A stretch of DNA of 64,000 nucleotides from Epiperipatus broadwayi (taxonomy: Eukaryota; Animalia; Onychophora), in assembly GCA_028023455.1 (NCBI GenBank), contig JAQFVV010000002.1, forward strand, positions 12,090,001 through 12,154,000. The letters run 5' to 3'. How positions within the stretch are numbered: the first letter of the stretch is position 1; each line of letters begins with the position of its first letter. Positions 10,620 through 25,253 of the stretch are shown piece after piece. The position numbers and the translations under genes are program-made. A model generated the notes under the pieces. That model had not been told where the DNA came from. It was given only the letters and a program-made list of their open reading frames with translations, and made no database searches.

Positions 10620-13400
10620 AAAAGATAAATGTTTTATAAGTAAAATAAACTTTACATATTTACAAAAATAAATGATCATTATTTACACACGTTTTATATG
10701 CACAGACATCCCATTCCTTCTCTTATTCTAAAATAATGGGCTCAATGGCATATGTGATCTCTAAATATGACAGTTGGTCCAATTTTCATCCATAAATATA
10801 TTGGTGGAATTTTGTAATGGTGAAACCACTGCTAAAGACTATCAATTTGGCTGTATTTTTTTTAGCTGCTGGCAATACTCTTGAGGCATGGGCTATTGGA
10901 AGTTTGTTTCCATAACCCAGATAGAACATGACAGCTCCAACATCATATTTCAATGCACCAGTTGTTATTATAACATCTATATCATTATAATAATGAATCA
11001 ACAATTTGTAAGATGTTCAAAAATCTTTTACTTTTTGAAAGCTGAATCATTTTCATTTATCCAAATCCAACATTGTTTCTTTTTGAAAAGATGGTATAAT
11101 GGTAACAATCATTGTAATTTCCCTTTCAAAAACCTTTTGTAAAAATTTAAAAATTCCTAGAAACACCTGCACTTCCTGTACATTTCTAAGCTTCTCAGCT
11201 GTTTTAATGCCTCTACTTTGTCTAGATTAGGATATCTTCCATTTTTATTTGTTATGTATCTGAAAAAATGTATTTCTTTAATGTATCAAATATATTTATT
11301 AATATATATGTTATCCCTCACTTTTCTAACTTTTAAGACTACAAGTACTTGCTTTTTAAATTCCAGCTCTGTTTTAGCAGTAACCAAAATGTCATCTAAA
11401 TAGAGAATCATGTCATCCACAGTACTGAAAAGCATGTCTACTTTCACACGGAAAATGTTTGGTGCTACTGTTATACCAAAAGACAACTGTTGCATTTATA
11501 TTGTCCAGTATGAGTCATCAGTGTTAACATTTCTGCTACTTTTTCAGTTTCTGGTATTGACAGTACTTCATATATGCTTGGAAACAGATTCAAACCTTTA
11601 TTAATGTATTTATTCAATGTGACTCTATAATCATCACACAATCACAGATTTCCATATGGCTTCATTATGGAAACCATTGGTGTGTCCCAAAATGAATCTT
11701 CAGATGGAATTTATCAAGGTGAATGACAACTTGGGAGGCTTACAAATAGTCGGTTGTGCATCATAAAACTCTACATTAAACAGTATATTCTTAGTTCTAC
11801 TAATTCAAACTTGAACAGTTGTGGATATCTCTTTCCCATTAGAGTTTCCATTTCAACAGACTTATTATATTTTCACGAATGCCCAGAGATTAAAACCAGT
11901 TTCTTCCCAGTAACAGTCTAAAATATTTTTTTTACTACTATAGCATAAAAAATTTTATTCTTGAATTTAACTTTACTTGTACTACAACTTTTCTGTAGAT
12001 ATCTGTTTTGTTTCCATTAATGGCTGTTATAGTGTCATGTCCATATTTGGAAGTGTAGACCTCTTATTATACTTTTCACTGATTTTTACTCAATCTCTAT
12101 TAGATATCAGCAGTGAGCTGACTCCTCTATCCACTTCCATCATTATTGTTTGACCACAAATATCCAAATCTAGTATAAATATATGATCCATTTAAATGTC
12201 ATTAAGCAACTTTACATTAACACTCTTATAATATATTCCTCAGTCAGATTTATAGTCCAACCATTACTTTTTAGTAGCTCTGTGCTCCTTAAAACAATAG
12301 ACTGTTGCTAAATATTCTTTTTTTCCACAATTGCTGCATGTTTTATTTTTGCATTTACAATTATTCCTTAAATATCCAGGTTTAACACAACAATAACACA
12401 TTTTACCTTTTTTTTTCTTGCTTTTTTGTACTGTCAGCAAGATCTTGTGGCAATACATCCTTTGATGCATTATTTAGCATTGTTTCTTGTGTGTCACAAT
12501 ACTCCATGATCTATTTATAATTTAGGTTGAATTGCTTAGCAACACTTTTCTAAAATTCTTGTCTATCATGCCATATAGGAATTGTTTTAATAATGTCATG
12601 AATTTCAGGGTCAAACTCACAATTAAATCAAGCTCCACATATTTTTCATGAGATAACTGCTTCTTATTTCAAAATCTCAGCTGTTCTATCCAATTTGATA
12701 TTCTACAGCATAATATCCATTTAATTTCTCAATAACTTCTTTATGCAAAAGTTCCTCTGGTCATTTGGGATCAGTTAATATATTTTCCAGATGTAGTGAC
12801 CTGCAAAAGAGAGAAAAATAAATACTTTCAGATGCTTGTCTTCTACTTTATTTATGAACATATAATATTCTACATCACTGGTTGTCAACCTGGTCCCTAC
12901 CATCCACTAGTAGACATTTAAAGCTTTCAAATGGGCAGTGAGATATTCCAGATATTAAAAACAAAATCATAGATTACTATAAATGTGCAACAGGCATTTA
13001 AATTTTTTTCAGAGTTGGTTTCTACTTGATTTAAATTTGTTGTCCATTTTGTATTGTTATATATCTACCAATATACTATTATAAATCCTTTTTCGTGTAA
13101 TTATTTCCATTAGCACTATTAAGTTATTTGGGCAGCATCAGTGAGCTGAAGGGAAATTATACTGTTAACAAGAATACAAGTATGGGTGGTTGGTAAAAAA
13201 AAAAGGTCCCTGTCCCACATGTTTGATGTAATTCTTTCATGAAGCAACATTACTAATGTTGAATTTCTGAACTGTAATATTCCATACCACCATTTTCTGT
13301 TTATACACCAGTTCTTCACAAAAATTGTAGCCATTCTACAATCATCTTTTTCCAAATTGATAATGAGTGTCAACTTGCACCATTCTGCTATGAACTTCGG
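10620..13400 (-). mobile_element. Ty3/gypsy (Mag-like) relic: gag with two zinc knuckles, protease, RT, RNase H, and an integrase C-terminal-like piece upstream of gag
   Basis: CYCCVKPGYLRNNC...CSNCGKKEY; GQTIMMEVDRGVSSLLIS (protease DTG motif); FWDTPMV..KPYGNL..CDDYRVTLN; LSFGITVAPNIF...LYLDDILV; YDVGAV...PIAHASRVL...FHQYIYG. Confidence 0.85.
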
Positions 13401-13441
13401 TCTCCTATGCACCTTCTTTCATCTGTCAATTTATGTCATTC

Positions 13442-13953
13442 TGTTATGCCTATTACCAATCAGACAACAATAAAATAAATAAAAACATGCACAGAAATTT
13501 ATATATAACAATATTTAATCAATAACAATAATAGTGATATAAAAAGCATTAATAATGTGATAGTTCATAAATGCAAAAAAATGTATAGAGTGAAAATAGC
13601 CATTATTCAACAAAAAAGTAAACTAATTTCATATATGTGTTTCCAAATTAAGTCTTTTTCACATACACACATATATATATATTAGCAAATAAATATAGTC
13701 ATTTCAGGAATAATACTCAACAATTCGAGTGTTTTCTTACACTCACAATTTACACATTTACTTAACCATAATTTTGCTATTACTTTCCACTTTTGGTTTG
13801 GTTAACTTCAGTTAATTACCTTTTCTTCAGTAACCATAACAAATTCTTCTTTCCTACTGCCCCACATTGACTGAATCAATGTTTAATTTATTTATTCTTC
13901 TCATTTGTTTGCAAATACCTTTATTTGTATACAAATTTTATTCAACTAATCCA
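13442..13953. repeat. Long direct repeat, copy 2 (LTR-like, TG...CA ends)
   Basis: Starts TGTTATGCC and ends TAATCCA; homologous to 10032-10585; no TSD found. Confidence 0.75.
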
Positions 13954-14900
13954 GAACAAGTTAAAAGATGAAGCAGAATGGATCACAGCTTCTCTATCAA
14001 AAGCTTACCTCTTATTATATGCTAAAATACAATTGTTCAACCAGCTACTGATCACCAAAATAATTTACTATTCTCCCATAATTCAATTCTCCAAGGTTTT
14101 CACATCAAAAATATCTTCATATAGTAATATACTTCTATGGAATAGAAAGGCCATATCAATATCTGCAAAATGCCAAAGTCACCCGACAATATACAATGGT
14201 TTGGGGCTGCACAACATATATATTTTTCAAATACAGAAGACCACAAACCTTATAATAGCCACCCACAGATATTTCCCAGAACATCAATGTCTAATCCAGA
14301 TAATACCTACAGACAAATCTCCCCCTTCACATTGCTATCTATTATCAGTTATCAATCAGTTTAAACCACACATACTCAAATATCACTGTAAACAATAACA
14401 AAATAATCATATTGGCAGATCTATACTCTGGTATATCTAGGAAGGCACCAGACATTTCCACCCAGATGCTTGGAATAAACAACTGACAGCTGCTTAAAAA
14501 CTTTAAAAAATTGTCCATGGAGCCCACATTTTTTTATTTTCTCCTTAGATTAAATCTATATGCCTTACTAACATCATACTTCCTAAGATACATATGCATG
14601 TATATCAAAATAGACCCCTTCTGCACCCTATGCCACCGAGAAAAAGAAACTCCACATCTGTTTTACAACTGCTCAGCACTAAACAACATACGATATTAAA
14701 TAATTAATACATACAGACAACCAAACATCTCCCTGCAGGATATCATCAGCACATACCACAGAACATCTATTCCTACAGGCCATGTAGAAACTTTTGTGGT
14801 CTGTATATTCTGGTGCACATGATGCACATTCACTTTTGGCAATAATACAAGGTAACAATCAACATTTCATAACAAATTAGCAGAATAAAAAAACAGATGA
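13954..14900 (+). mobile_element. L1/Tx1-type LINE ORF2 3' fragment with zf-RVT-like zinc finger
   Basis: YNGLGLHNI; DPFCTLCHREKETPHLFYNC; FWCT; collinear with 17800-18700 and 62800-63670. Confidence 0.8.
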
Positions 14901-15574
14901 TAAAATAGCACACCCAGATATTTTTGCAACCACTTGATCACTCATAACACAATCAAATCTCTAATCAGCTAATGTTTTGTCATTTTTCAAATCAAGCACC
15001 TAAAAAATGGTTCACATAGTCCACACAAACACAAAGACAAAAAAAAAAACAACTCTCAAATAGAGATACAACACAATTAATCAAAACTATAAGCCAGCAA
15101 CTTACAAATTGCAGTATTAATATACTCAAACAGGAATGCAAGAAAATGGACATCACAAAAAACAATAATTGATATATGATAATTAAACATACATAATATT
15201 TCCAGCAGGGTCATTCATATACCTGCTCTCAAAATCAATATCTGAAGACTATCAAGCTGTTACAAAGAATATATATGAATAAAAATATGTACTGTATACA
15301 TGTATATCAATTATACCAAAGGTACAAAATAAGATAACTTTGAGAAACAATTTAAAGGAAAACAATCAATTAACTAATCCTAACAAAAGTCATGTAAATT
15401 TTGTATTATAAGCTATCATAGACAATCCACCACTCACCTAGTGTATATATGTAAAGACTCAAAATATTTAATTAGACACAATATATATAATTCTCATGAA
15501 CACCAATGTAAGCACATGTAAGTATTAATGTAGCCTTGCTCTTTTAGTCTGACTAAAGTTCCTTTTTGAACATA

Positions 15575-15643
15575 AACATCATCATCATTATAATAACAAC
15601 ACTACTCCTGCTGCTGCTGCTACTGCTACTGCTACTGCTACTG

Positions 15644-15674
<31 letters not shown>

Positions 15675-15750
15675 CACCACTACCTCTACTGCTATTACTA
15701 CTATTCCTACTACTACTACTACTACTACTATTACTGCTACTACTACTATT
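15575..15750. repeat. Compound trinucleotide microsatellite (CAT/CTG/CTA/CCA)n
   Basis: Seen directly in the sequence. Confidence 0.95.
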
Positions 15751-15829
15751 CAGATTAATTCATCTAACTATCTTAATAATCAAGAATTCTCAGCATTCTC
15801 CCAAGCTTCATTCTCACCCTTAGCAGACA

Positions 15830-18800
15830 CAATAGTGGTAATGAAAACCTTCCTCTTCTCTTCATTTAAAATAATATATAGATGAACACATATTAATTAT
15901 AACCTTATATCATAAAACAGTTACACTGAATGTAGCATTTGTCTATATACCTCCAAATCATAAAGCAATTAATAAAGTATTATAAATTTCAAAATACCAT
16001 CCTCATCACATCCACTAATTTTACTTGGTAACTTCAACATGTCATACAATGGGTTTATTACAAAATGGTTGCATTTACTAGCTATATTCCTCATGAGTGG
16101 AGACGGCTATCTCCCACAGAATTCAGTCACATTTAATAATGGCAGATTTTCATCATTAATTGACTAGGTTTTTTACTCACTAGTATTGCATCACATAATC
16201 ATCCTAACAAAAAATGCATCATTATAAGATTATTTTTCAATTATTATTTCACTGAAAAATGATTTTATACACAGATCTATAATATCTATTGGAAACATAA
16301 TTAGAGTACTCCTTTCATGTCAAACCCCAAAATATTTATTCTCAAAAATATGTATCTCTCTTGTCAAACTTCGATATATAGAAATGGATCCAGTGTAAAC
16401 ATGAACTGTTTTTGTTAACGTTATTTCATATACAATTGATGTTATAACAAAGGCCACCCCAGTTCCCTCAAGACGTCTAGCTCTTGTAGATGAAACATAC
16501 AAGAGAAACACAAACAGAACAACAAATAAACAAGACTGTTTAAATGTGATTGCCCTGAAGAAACTTTATCAATCAATTTCTGAAGAACTTAGAGAATATC
16601 TGGCAATAAAAAAAAAAGAAAAAATCTTTTTGAGACAGACACACACACATGGTCCAGAGACTATATTCGCTGTGCATTGAGACAAAAGCCTCAATTTGCA
16701 TAACAACAGCAATTAAAATACAAGAAGAAATAATCTCTGGTTACAACATGTTGCTACCTCTCTACACATATTTTAAATCCAAACTTCAAGAGAGGAAAAA
16801 ATTCAATCCTGTGCCATTCTTTCTCAGTAACACAGAAGAAACAGTATTTACTGTCAAGGACTTTATTAAAAAACTAGCATCAACACCAAACTCTTGTCAC
16901 CCAGGAATTCATGGAATATGTTGCTTTGTATTGAAGTATTTAGATAAATTTACTGCATAGTACTTATGTAATCTAGCAAAATTTCTAATAAAAAGTCTAT
17001 CATATACATGAATTATATTCTATTTTACTAGAATTTACCAAAACACATGGAAAAATAACCACATTAAACAATCTAAGGTCCATATCAATGAGTCCACTGG
17101 GGATCAAACTGTTCGATCAATCATTAAGGACAGAATAGAATCCTATCTTGTACCTATACTATCTAAAATGCAGTTTGCTAAGAAAGGCTCATCTACAATG
17201 AAAGCAGCCTTTCTATTCAAAACAGTTAGTGATTCTGTCAGAAATAATAAAAAATAGTCCAGTTGAGATGCAACTGGATATAAAATCAGCATTTGATATG
17301 ATTGTGATCGAACTCCTTGTGAATCATTAGCAGACATAGCAATACTGAGTTCCTTAATATACTTAATCACCAATCTTCTATTAAGTCCAGAAATACATAT
17401 TACACTTAATGAGAATTATTCACCTTTTTTGTACCTTACTGCTCAATACCACAAGTTTCTCCAGTAAATGCTCTCTTTTTTACTATCTATATCAATCCCC
17501 TACTGAATATGATAGAAAAAGAATTATTGGGCATATACATATTGCCTACATGGGTGATATCTTGATTTTTTAACATCTAAAAAACAGATCCCAACTCTAT
17601 TAAAAATTGTTAGTTCATATTAAAAATTCTAAATTCATACATAACAAATACAAGTTGGAGTTTAACATGGATAAATCCTGTGCTTGGTCAATATATACAG
17701 GACAATTTCACACACAATATTTTAAAGGAAAACCTAGCTCTTTTGTAGGATTCCCCTTCTATTTGAGCAACCTAGAAATGTGTCAACAAATAAAAGATAA
17801 AATTAAAAATAAAATTGAAAATATAACTGATTCATTTTCAAAATCTTATCTATCATTGTACTCAAAAGTAATCCTATTTAATCTATTAATTATGACTTGA
17901 ATCACATATTATTCTCCAATAACACTATACACTAAATCTTTTACTAGTAAAATAAATTCACTATGTAGAAAGCTGCTGTGGGGAAAAAAAGATCCTCTAA
18001 TACAAAATGGTTTGGGACTACATTCAATAAACATTTTTTAACATTCAAAAGACCATAAATCTTATTTCTGCTTATGGTCATTTATTCCCATACATGAAAG
18101 TGTTCTGCAAGATTACTCCAACAGATAAGGCACCATCTGTCAATGGATACTGGAAAATCTTGTTTACATTAATTCTCAACATTCCAAATTTTTCTTATTC
18201 ACCACCTCAAGATAAATTTAAATACTGGCATATATACCCGATGGTTTACCCTCTCTTTGTGTTAAATGATAAAAGACTAATTCCAAACATTAACAATAGA
18301 CAACTAACCCTAAAATTCAAATTCTGGTCATTAGAACCCAAATATTATGATTCTCTGCTCAAATTAAATCTTGACGCACTACTAACATTATACTTTTATA
18401 GATACAGAAAGCATTACATAAATATAGAACACATATGCTGGTTATGTCATAGAGAGGCTGAGACTCAAGAACAGTTTTTTTTTACCTGCCCTCCATTTGA
18501 TAATATTCACACATCTATACCATCATTGTACAAACAAAGAAATTGTGACATTCAAACTCTTTTACAATCATTTATTAAAGGTAGCTAGCTACCCACATAT
18601 TCGAGCAAGTACTTTTACATTATTTTCACTATGGTGTACAAGATGCTCCTTCGTGTATAGTAATAATCCAAGAAGACATCCAAAAATACATTCTGAAACA
18701 AAATGGAACTAGTCCACTTAAGGGATAAAAAAATTGTATCCCAAGAGATGTACACAGCCACTTGGTCCATATTGCAACAATGCTCAAAATAATAGCATGA

Positions 18801-18900
18801 AAAGAGACTAATAAAAGAGAAAACTAAGAGCCTCGTCAGTGTATAAAAATGATTGGATGTGTATGTAGAAAAATGTAACATCAAATTTGTAAATCTTATG
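15830..18900 (+). mobile_element. L1/Tx1-type LINE ORF2 (AP endonuclease, RT, zinc finger), decayed
   Basis: LILLGNFN and TFNNGRFSSLID (EN); IKKL..PNSCHPGIHGI, NLRSISM, LDIKSAFD, IAYMGDI (RT); NGLGLHSI; CWLCHREAETQEQFFFTC. Confidence 0.85.
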
Positions 18901-19344
18901 CATATTATTTGTATTTGTTGTGCCCTCCTCCCCAAATTACAATTTTCAATTTGTTTATGTTAATTTCAATCTATTTGCATGTGGTAAAATAGTTATTAAT
19001 GTAACCTTTTTCTTGTTATATGCAATAGTCCTTTTGAAAGATAATAATTGTTTTAATATAGAAGATTTATTATGAATATTTAATACATAAAGTTCATAAC
19101 AAGGAGTGTTCAAGTGTTGTGATTTGTTCTAATAATTTTTTTAGCAAAAACACATCATAATATCTACAAACATTTATCAGTAATCAGTGATTTAATATTA
19201 CAACCTGGTTCTAGGTTTCCTTCTTTTATATTTAGTGTCTGCAGTTGTCACTGTTAAAAAAGATCTATTTTGAAACATAAACCAGTTCAGCAATTTGTTC
19301 AGAAACTTATCATCTATAAACACTTTAATTTCTTTTAAACTCAC

Positions 19345-19419
19345 ATAAGTAATTTTTCTCGTAAGCTTGTGAAACATGTCAACTTCTAGTTGGATATTCT
19401 TTACCACTCTTTTAAGGTT
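19345..19419 (-). CDS. Candidate internal coding exon (75 nt, phase 0-0), protein unidentified
   Basis: ATTTTTATTAGCAG acceptor, GTGAGT donor, open frame NLKRVVKNIQLEVDMFHKLTRKITY; no homology recognised. Confidence 0.3.
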
Positions 19420-20138
19420 CTGCTAATAAAAATCATACCAATGTATGTATTTCACTTCTGATATACATAATATCAAAATTATGCCTGTATAACAAAATAT
19501 CTAACTGTTTTATATAATTTATGTATACATTTCCATATAAATTATAAAAATATAATTTGATATTTAAAGTAAATATTAACATTTTTACATATAACATCAT
19601 TTATCTTATTTTTCCAAATTAAAAAAAAAAAACAGTATCAGGAATATCTAAGTTCACCAATTACAGTGATAAATGCATTAAAGATTAAAGAAATGTATAT
19701 TTTATAAAACTTCAATATATTCTATTCCTATAATTCATCTCTCTGATATAAAAGTTTTTCTTTTTCCGTTAACTTTTCAAAAATATCAAATGTCAGCATT
19801 AAGCTTCATAATAAGAAACTAAAGAAACATGTCTGAGTGATTAAATTTCATAAATACTCTTTTCTTTTATAAAAAAGAAAAAATCAGAATTTAAAGAAAT
19901 GTGTCTGTTTGATTATATTTTATAAACATTGCTTTTAATTATGACAGAAAAATATAATCATGTGTGTGTAGTTATATACATTATTTTCTTTAAATAAGAC
20001 ACTCAACAAGATTTTTTTTTGCTTAAGAGCATAGAATCATCAACACAACCAAAGCTAGTTTTGGATCACCCTAGTATTTATATATATTATTCTTTATAAT
20101 AAGTGTAATAATACTCAAGAATAAATGGGTTTGCAAGT

Positions 20139-20351
20139 AATCATTAAAAACCAATCAATACTTAGATAATTTCAATAGCAATAACAATCAACAATTTCAA
20201 ACTGTTGTCAAGGTAACTTTTTAGCATCCTTTTTTTTTAAGGTTGGGATTCAACGTTTATTGTTAAAAGAAGGTTGCCTTGACAACAGTTTGAAATTATT
20301 GATTATTATTGATATTGAGATTGTCTCAGTGTTGATTGGTTTTTAATGATT
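20139..20351. repeat. Foldback palindrome (~85 bp arms) inside a block flanked by ~20 bp direct repeats
   Basis: AATCATTAAAAACCAATCAA...TTTCAAACTGTTGTCAAGG and its reverse complement; TAAGAGC(T)ATAGAATCATCAA near 20023 and 20403. Confidence 0.85.
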
Positions 20352-21104
20352 ATTCTTTATTTATGACAATAATTATGAAATTATGTTGCTGGGTTTTTTC
20401 CCTAAGAGCTATAGAATCATCAATTAAGATTTTGGCTGGCAACTAAAACAATTTTTGATCTAAAAATGATGTTCATCAATGACTTTTTATATTTGGCTCC
20501 CTATAACTTTTAAATGAAGAATGAATATGTGAATTGAGCACTAAAGGAAAAAAAATAATTATAAAATATGAACATTACATACGTAAGTGAAGTTGGATTC
20601 ATTATAAATATTTAAAAATAACCTATGTTGTAAATGTTGATGGTATATCAGAAAGAATAATAAAATTTATTACTCAACTTACTGGAAGAAATGGAGGCAA
20701 GTTTATATCATATATCCTTATTTTGTTAAAAAAATTATGGAATTTGTATTCATATATCAAATGAATTTGTCTTACTTAAACTAGATATTGCATATGTCTA
20801 CTGGTAAAATAAAATTAGTATATGATATAAATCATATTCAAATATATCATATTCAAAAGCAGGATTACTATATATTTTTAATAGTGATTTACAAATTCTG
20901 CAGTTTTATATATCTGTCTATAATAAGTTTTGTACATATTTTTGTATATATGTTAATAAAAAAAATTTAAGAAACCAAATGAAGTCTTTTTTTCTTATTC
21001 ACAGTTAAGTAATTATTCGTCTGTCCATTCTACAGTTGACAATGACAATAACATTTTTTTGTCCTTTTTTTATATTCATTTTGATCACCTACAAGAGTTG
21101 CATA

Positions 21105-22385
21105 ATGATTTTCTATTGATCTCAATATAATTTTTAAAAATTAAAAATTAGCCATAAACATGATTTTTATTGCTGGCAAATTTTTAAAAAATATATAGCA
21201 AGAAAAGAATGATTTACAAATTCTATTTTTTGATTTGATTAAAGCATTTGACTCAATTAATCAAACAGGTTTATAGCATTGTTTGAAATTAATTAGTTAT
21301 CCACTAAATTTAGTCCTATTACACAATTTCAACAATATCTGAGGTATCTGAAATAAAAACTGGTGTTGGATATTTCTCCAAGATTATTTTTGATTTTAAT
21401 GATTCTTGTCTTTGGAACTATTTATAGGTGACTTAATAAATAAAACATCAAGATCTGATTGTGGAATTTTTAATTTAAATCAGTTAAATATGAAAACAAT
21501 GACTTCATTTCCTTGGATTCTGGATTTATATTTATGCTAATGATCAAGTTGTTTTCATCAGTTGAAAAGATGATCTATAGAATATATTTAATATTTTGAC
21601 TGCAGCATACAAAGACTTGGTTTAGTAATTAATGCTCAAAAATTCACATTTTTATCAGTCAATGATTAGAAAAATTTTTTTAGCAACTTTTAGCTTGGAT
21701 GGTTATAAAACTAAAAATATGACCTAATTTAAATATCATCATAGCTTTCTAAATAGAAAGGTGAACTTGGATGTCGAGATGTGCTGCTGCTTTTAACAAA
21801 GTTAAAAAATAGGGTATCTCATCAAGTGAAGTAACCATTGCAAGCGAATACCTATATATTTATTATATGGAGGTGAGATTTGAACATTGTACTGATGTAG
21901 CATAAAGGAATTAGAAAAATTTCATTGAAAAATGCTCTGTAAAGTTTTAAAAATAGAATGATAAGACAATAAGATTAATCAATACGTTCTTTAACTTGTT
22001 GAACATAATACTATAGAGTCCATAATTGTAAAATTACACCTTCATTGAATTGGAAATTTAAAACAAATGAACAAAGGATGTTTTATGGTTCTTCAACTTG
22101 TTGGACATAGCACTATAGAGTTCATTATTGTAAAATTACACCTTCATTGGATTGGAAATATAAAACAAATGAACAAAGGATATTTTATGGTAAACTTCAT
22201 TGTGATTTTTATGGGAAAAAATGGACCTCACTTACATTATAAAGATTATATCAAAGACATTCTAAAAAAGTACAATGATTGTTTTACTGGGGAAAATATA
22301 GCTGAGGATATATTATATTGGAGAGCTACAACATGTTATTACAATATTTCAGAAAGAAAATGTTTTCTGCACAAAAGCTAAAAGA
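21105..22385 (+). mobile_element. RTE (BovB-like) LINE RT and C-terminus, decayed, with a 102 bp internal tandem duplication
   Basis: LFFDLIKAFDSIN; YANDQV; LLYGGEI*TLY; KLHLHWIGN; HYKDYIKDILKK; AACTTGTTGRAC at 21993 and 22095. Confidence 0.85.
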
Positions 22386-22974
22386 CAGCATCAGAAAATA
22401 TCAAATAAACAAAATAATGGACCATCATGTTCTTTCTATGTGAATGATTGAAAAACTCATCTCTAGTGAATTATTATTATTTATCTATTTTATATATTTT
22501 CAGAATTACATATTTATTATTTTTGTCATATTTTATGCCATATCTGTTAAAGATATTTATGGGATTCATAGTATATTAGAAGTTCATTGATATCTATATA
22601 GAGCAATTCTTGATATATATTGTAGATCTTGTGTAGATCCTAGATTTTCTATTGTAAATTCATGATTACTTACTAAATATCAATTAACTATGCCAAATTT
22701 CTCAAGATTTCCAATCAGAATCAGCTTAGTTATAATGGTCCCAAATTATTTAATATATTTATGCAAGGATGTTCTTTGAATTTAATAACACCTGTTATTT
22801 GATTTTAAAAAAATATTATTTCATTAGTTATGTTATACCAAATAATGTTTTTTTTAATATTATGATAGATATTTTTTTCTAATCTATTTTAAAATCCTCA
22901 CTAAAAATTTTTTCTTGTGTAAAATTTATATTATTATATTATTTACTTATTTACTGAATAAATGAAATAAAAAT

Positions 22975-22975
22975 A

Positions 22976-23053
<78 letters not shown>
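22975..23053. repeat. (TAT)n microsatellite
   Basis: Seen directly in the sequence. Confidence 0.95.
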
Positions 23054-24779
23054 CTTTTTCTTTATACTTGTTCATAAGAAGCTGCTGATAATGGTGATGA
23101 TTAATCTTTGTTTAACAGATTTCATTATTATATATTACATATTTTTGTTTAGGTATTATTTAGTACAAGAATTAATAAATTAATTGTGCTAAAATGTATA
23201 TTTCATGTTATACAAATCTCATACTCTGTATATATCCATTATATATATATATATGCATTTATTTGGTTTCATATTAAAAGAAATAAAAAAAAATTGAAAT
23301 AGATTTTTAAAAAACCCATTACTGTCCCCTTTAAAATACATTCACTTTTAATAAGATTAGAAACTAATATGCACATATTCCAAGTTATAGCTTTATTGCC
23401 AATTTAAAAAAAAATCATTTAAAAAATAATATAACTGCAAGATGTATATAGTAAACCAATTGATCATCATTTGTAAAACAATAATTTTCTCACAAATGTT
23501 TTCTAAATGAACAAACATTTAAGTCTTATAAATGTGGACTAATAATATGTGAGTGTAAAGATATTTTGGTTAGAATATTATGTAAATACACATAATTAAT
23601 CAATATATCATCCATACACTTGCTGAGAGATACGTAACAGGTAAGTCAAATTCACTAGGTAAGCAGGTTATATTAATAATTAATATATATAGATTGAGAT
23701 GCATTTATACAAAATATAAGATATTTTTACTTTCATAGAATACTAAAAAAACATTAGTTAAAATTTATTTTTAAATACTATATAGGACAAATTAAACAAA
23801 AACAAATGTAATGAACAGATTTCATTTAATAATTTTTTTTTAGAATTTTGTCATGGTTTGTTTACAATTTACATTGACTTGATATCATTTTCACTAATGA
23901 TGCAACATATATGACCATAAGACTGGATATTTCTAGAGTTATTTCTTTTCTTGGGGAAGAAATTGATTTTTCTTTTAAAAAAGTTTTGAAAAACCATTAA
24001 TGATTTTGTAAAAAAGTCAACTGGAATGAAAAAAAAATTGTCATTCTTTATTTAAAAAAAAAAAAATAGAGAAAGACTTTATTAATAAGTAATTGAATGA
24101 TAAATTGATCGGAAGTGACAGCTGTAATCCAGGAATAAACAGAAATTCATAAAATTAAGTGAAATAATGTTAAAATACAAATTACTTTATTGAAAATAAA
24201 TGTATATATTACAGCTGCTAATTTCACCATATTTATATCTTCTTACATAATAAAATTAAAATCTTTAAATGTTTCCTAGTTTTTACTATTTTTCACAGAG
24301 ATACAAAATGGCTACTGTATTTTTAAACAATTTTGTTCTTTTTTTTTACGTGAGGTTTCTCATTGTGAAATAAAATGGTCATATCTATTGAGCTTCCAAA
24401 AAATGCAAGAAATTTTATTACTAAGTTTTACAATTTCTCAAACATAAACTTGTGAATTTGATTAGCAGATAATCCCTCTGTAGTAATCTGCTAAAAGGTA
24501 AATTAATGTAACTATAAAAATTACTCTGAACAAATGGTAGATTCCCATAGCATGCTTCTTTCTTACATATTTTATTCTATCCACTCAAATTCAGATTTAT
24601 ATTACAAAAAAAAAAATAAGATTCTTCCTGGAGAAATAATAAAATAATTTCTCAAGGTTATAATCACCCATTATTTCATAGTAGACAGAGATAATAGAAT
24701 GTTGTACATAAGGCAACCACTCTTTAGAGACAAAATAGGCAAAGCAAGGGGAAAATTAAAATTATTTAAATATAAAATA

Positions 24780-25030
24780 GATGAAATACACAGGCTTATA
24801 TATACCTGTGTCTATATATGCAATAGACAGGGTATGAGCACAGACTTTCACATGACCCACCACTTTTCACACTATCTCATAACACTGATATACCTGAACA
24901 CACATATGCTGAAAAGATAAATACGTATATTGGTGATTATTTATCTTTTCAGCATATGTATGTTCAGGTGTATCAGTGTTATGAGATAGTGTGAAGAGTC
25001 ATGTGAAAGTCTGTGCTCATACCCTGTCTA
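24780..25030. mobile_element. Family B foldback insertion (~100 bp arms, 16 nt loop holding an HHR 3' remnant, ~42 bp tail on the left)
   Basis: Arms 24822-24922 and 24939-25032; loop ACGTATATTGGTGATT; TSD TTAAATATAAAATA at 24766-24779 and 25031-25044. Confidence 0.85.
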
Positions 25031-25253
25031 TTAAATATAAAATAATAAAAATTTACATTTTTTGGAAGCAAGTAATTCATAACATTACTAAAGGGATATG
25101 TGTTGTTACATATGTATATGTACATTTTAAATTATCAAATTTCAGTGTTAAAATGTGTCTGTAATGATACCTTCTATATATAAAATTAAAAATAATTAAT
25201 TTAAAACAAAATTGAAATAGACAACTCACTATAAATAAAAATATTATTTAATA

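Noticed and set aside
12805-12840. Textbook minus-strand splice acceptor TTTTCTCTCTTTTGCAG
   Set aside because: It sits inside gypsy gag-like sequence and I found no matching donor or exon frame.
15566-15823. 85 aa poly-Leu/Pro ORF
   Set aside because: It is the translation of a compound microsatellite.
16320-16511. Minus-strand ORF with ARRLEGTGV, like retinol dehydrogenases, behind a pyrimidine tract
   Set aside because: It lies in the EN-RT linker of the plus-strand LINE; the tract is the LINE's A-rich strand, and the similarity stops after nine residues.
18815-18845. CTGACGAGG on the minus strand (HHR core)
   Set aside because: No stem II or GAAA follows.
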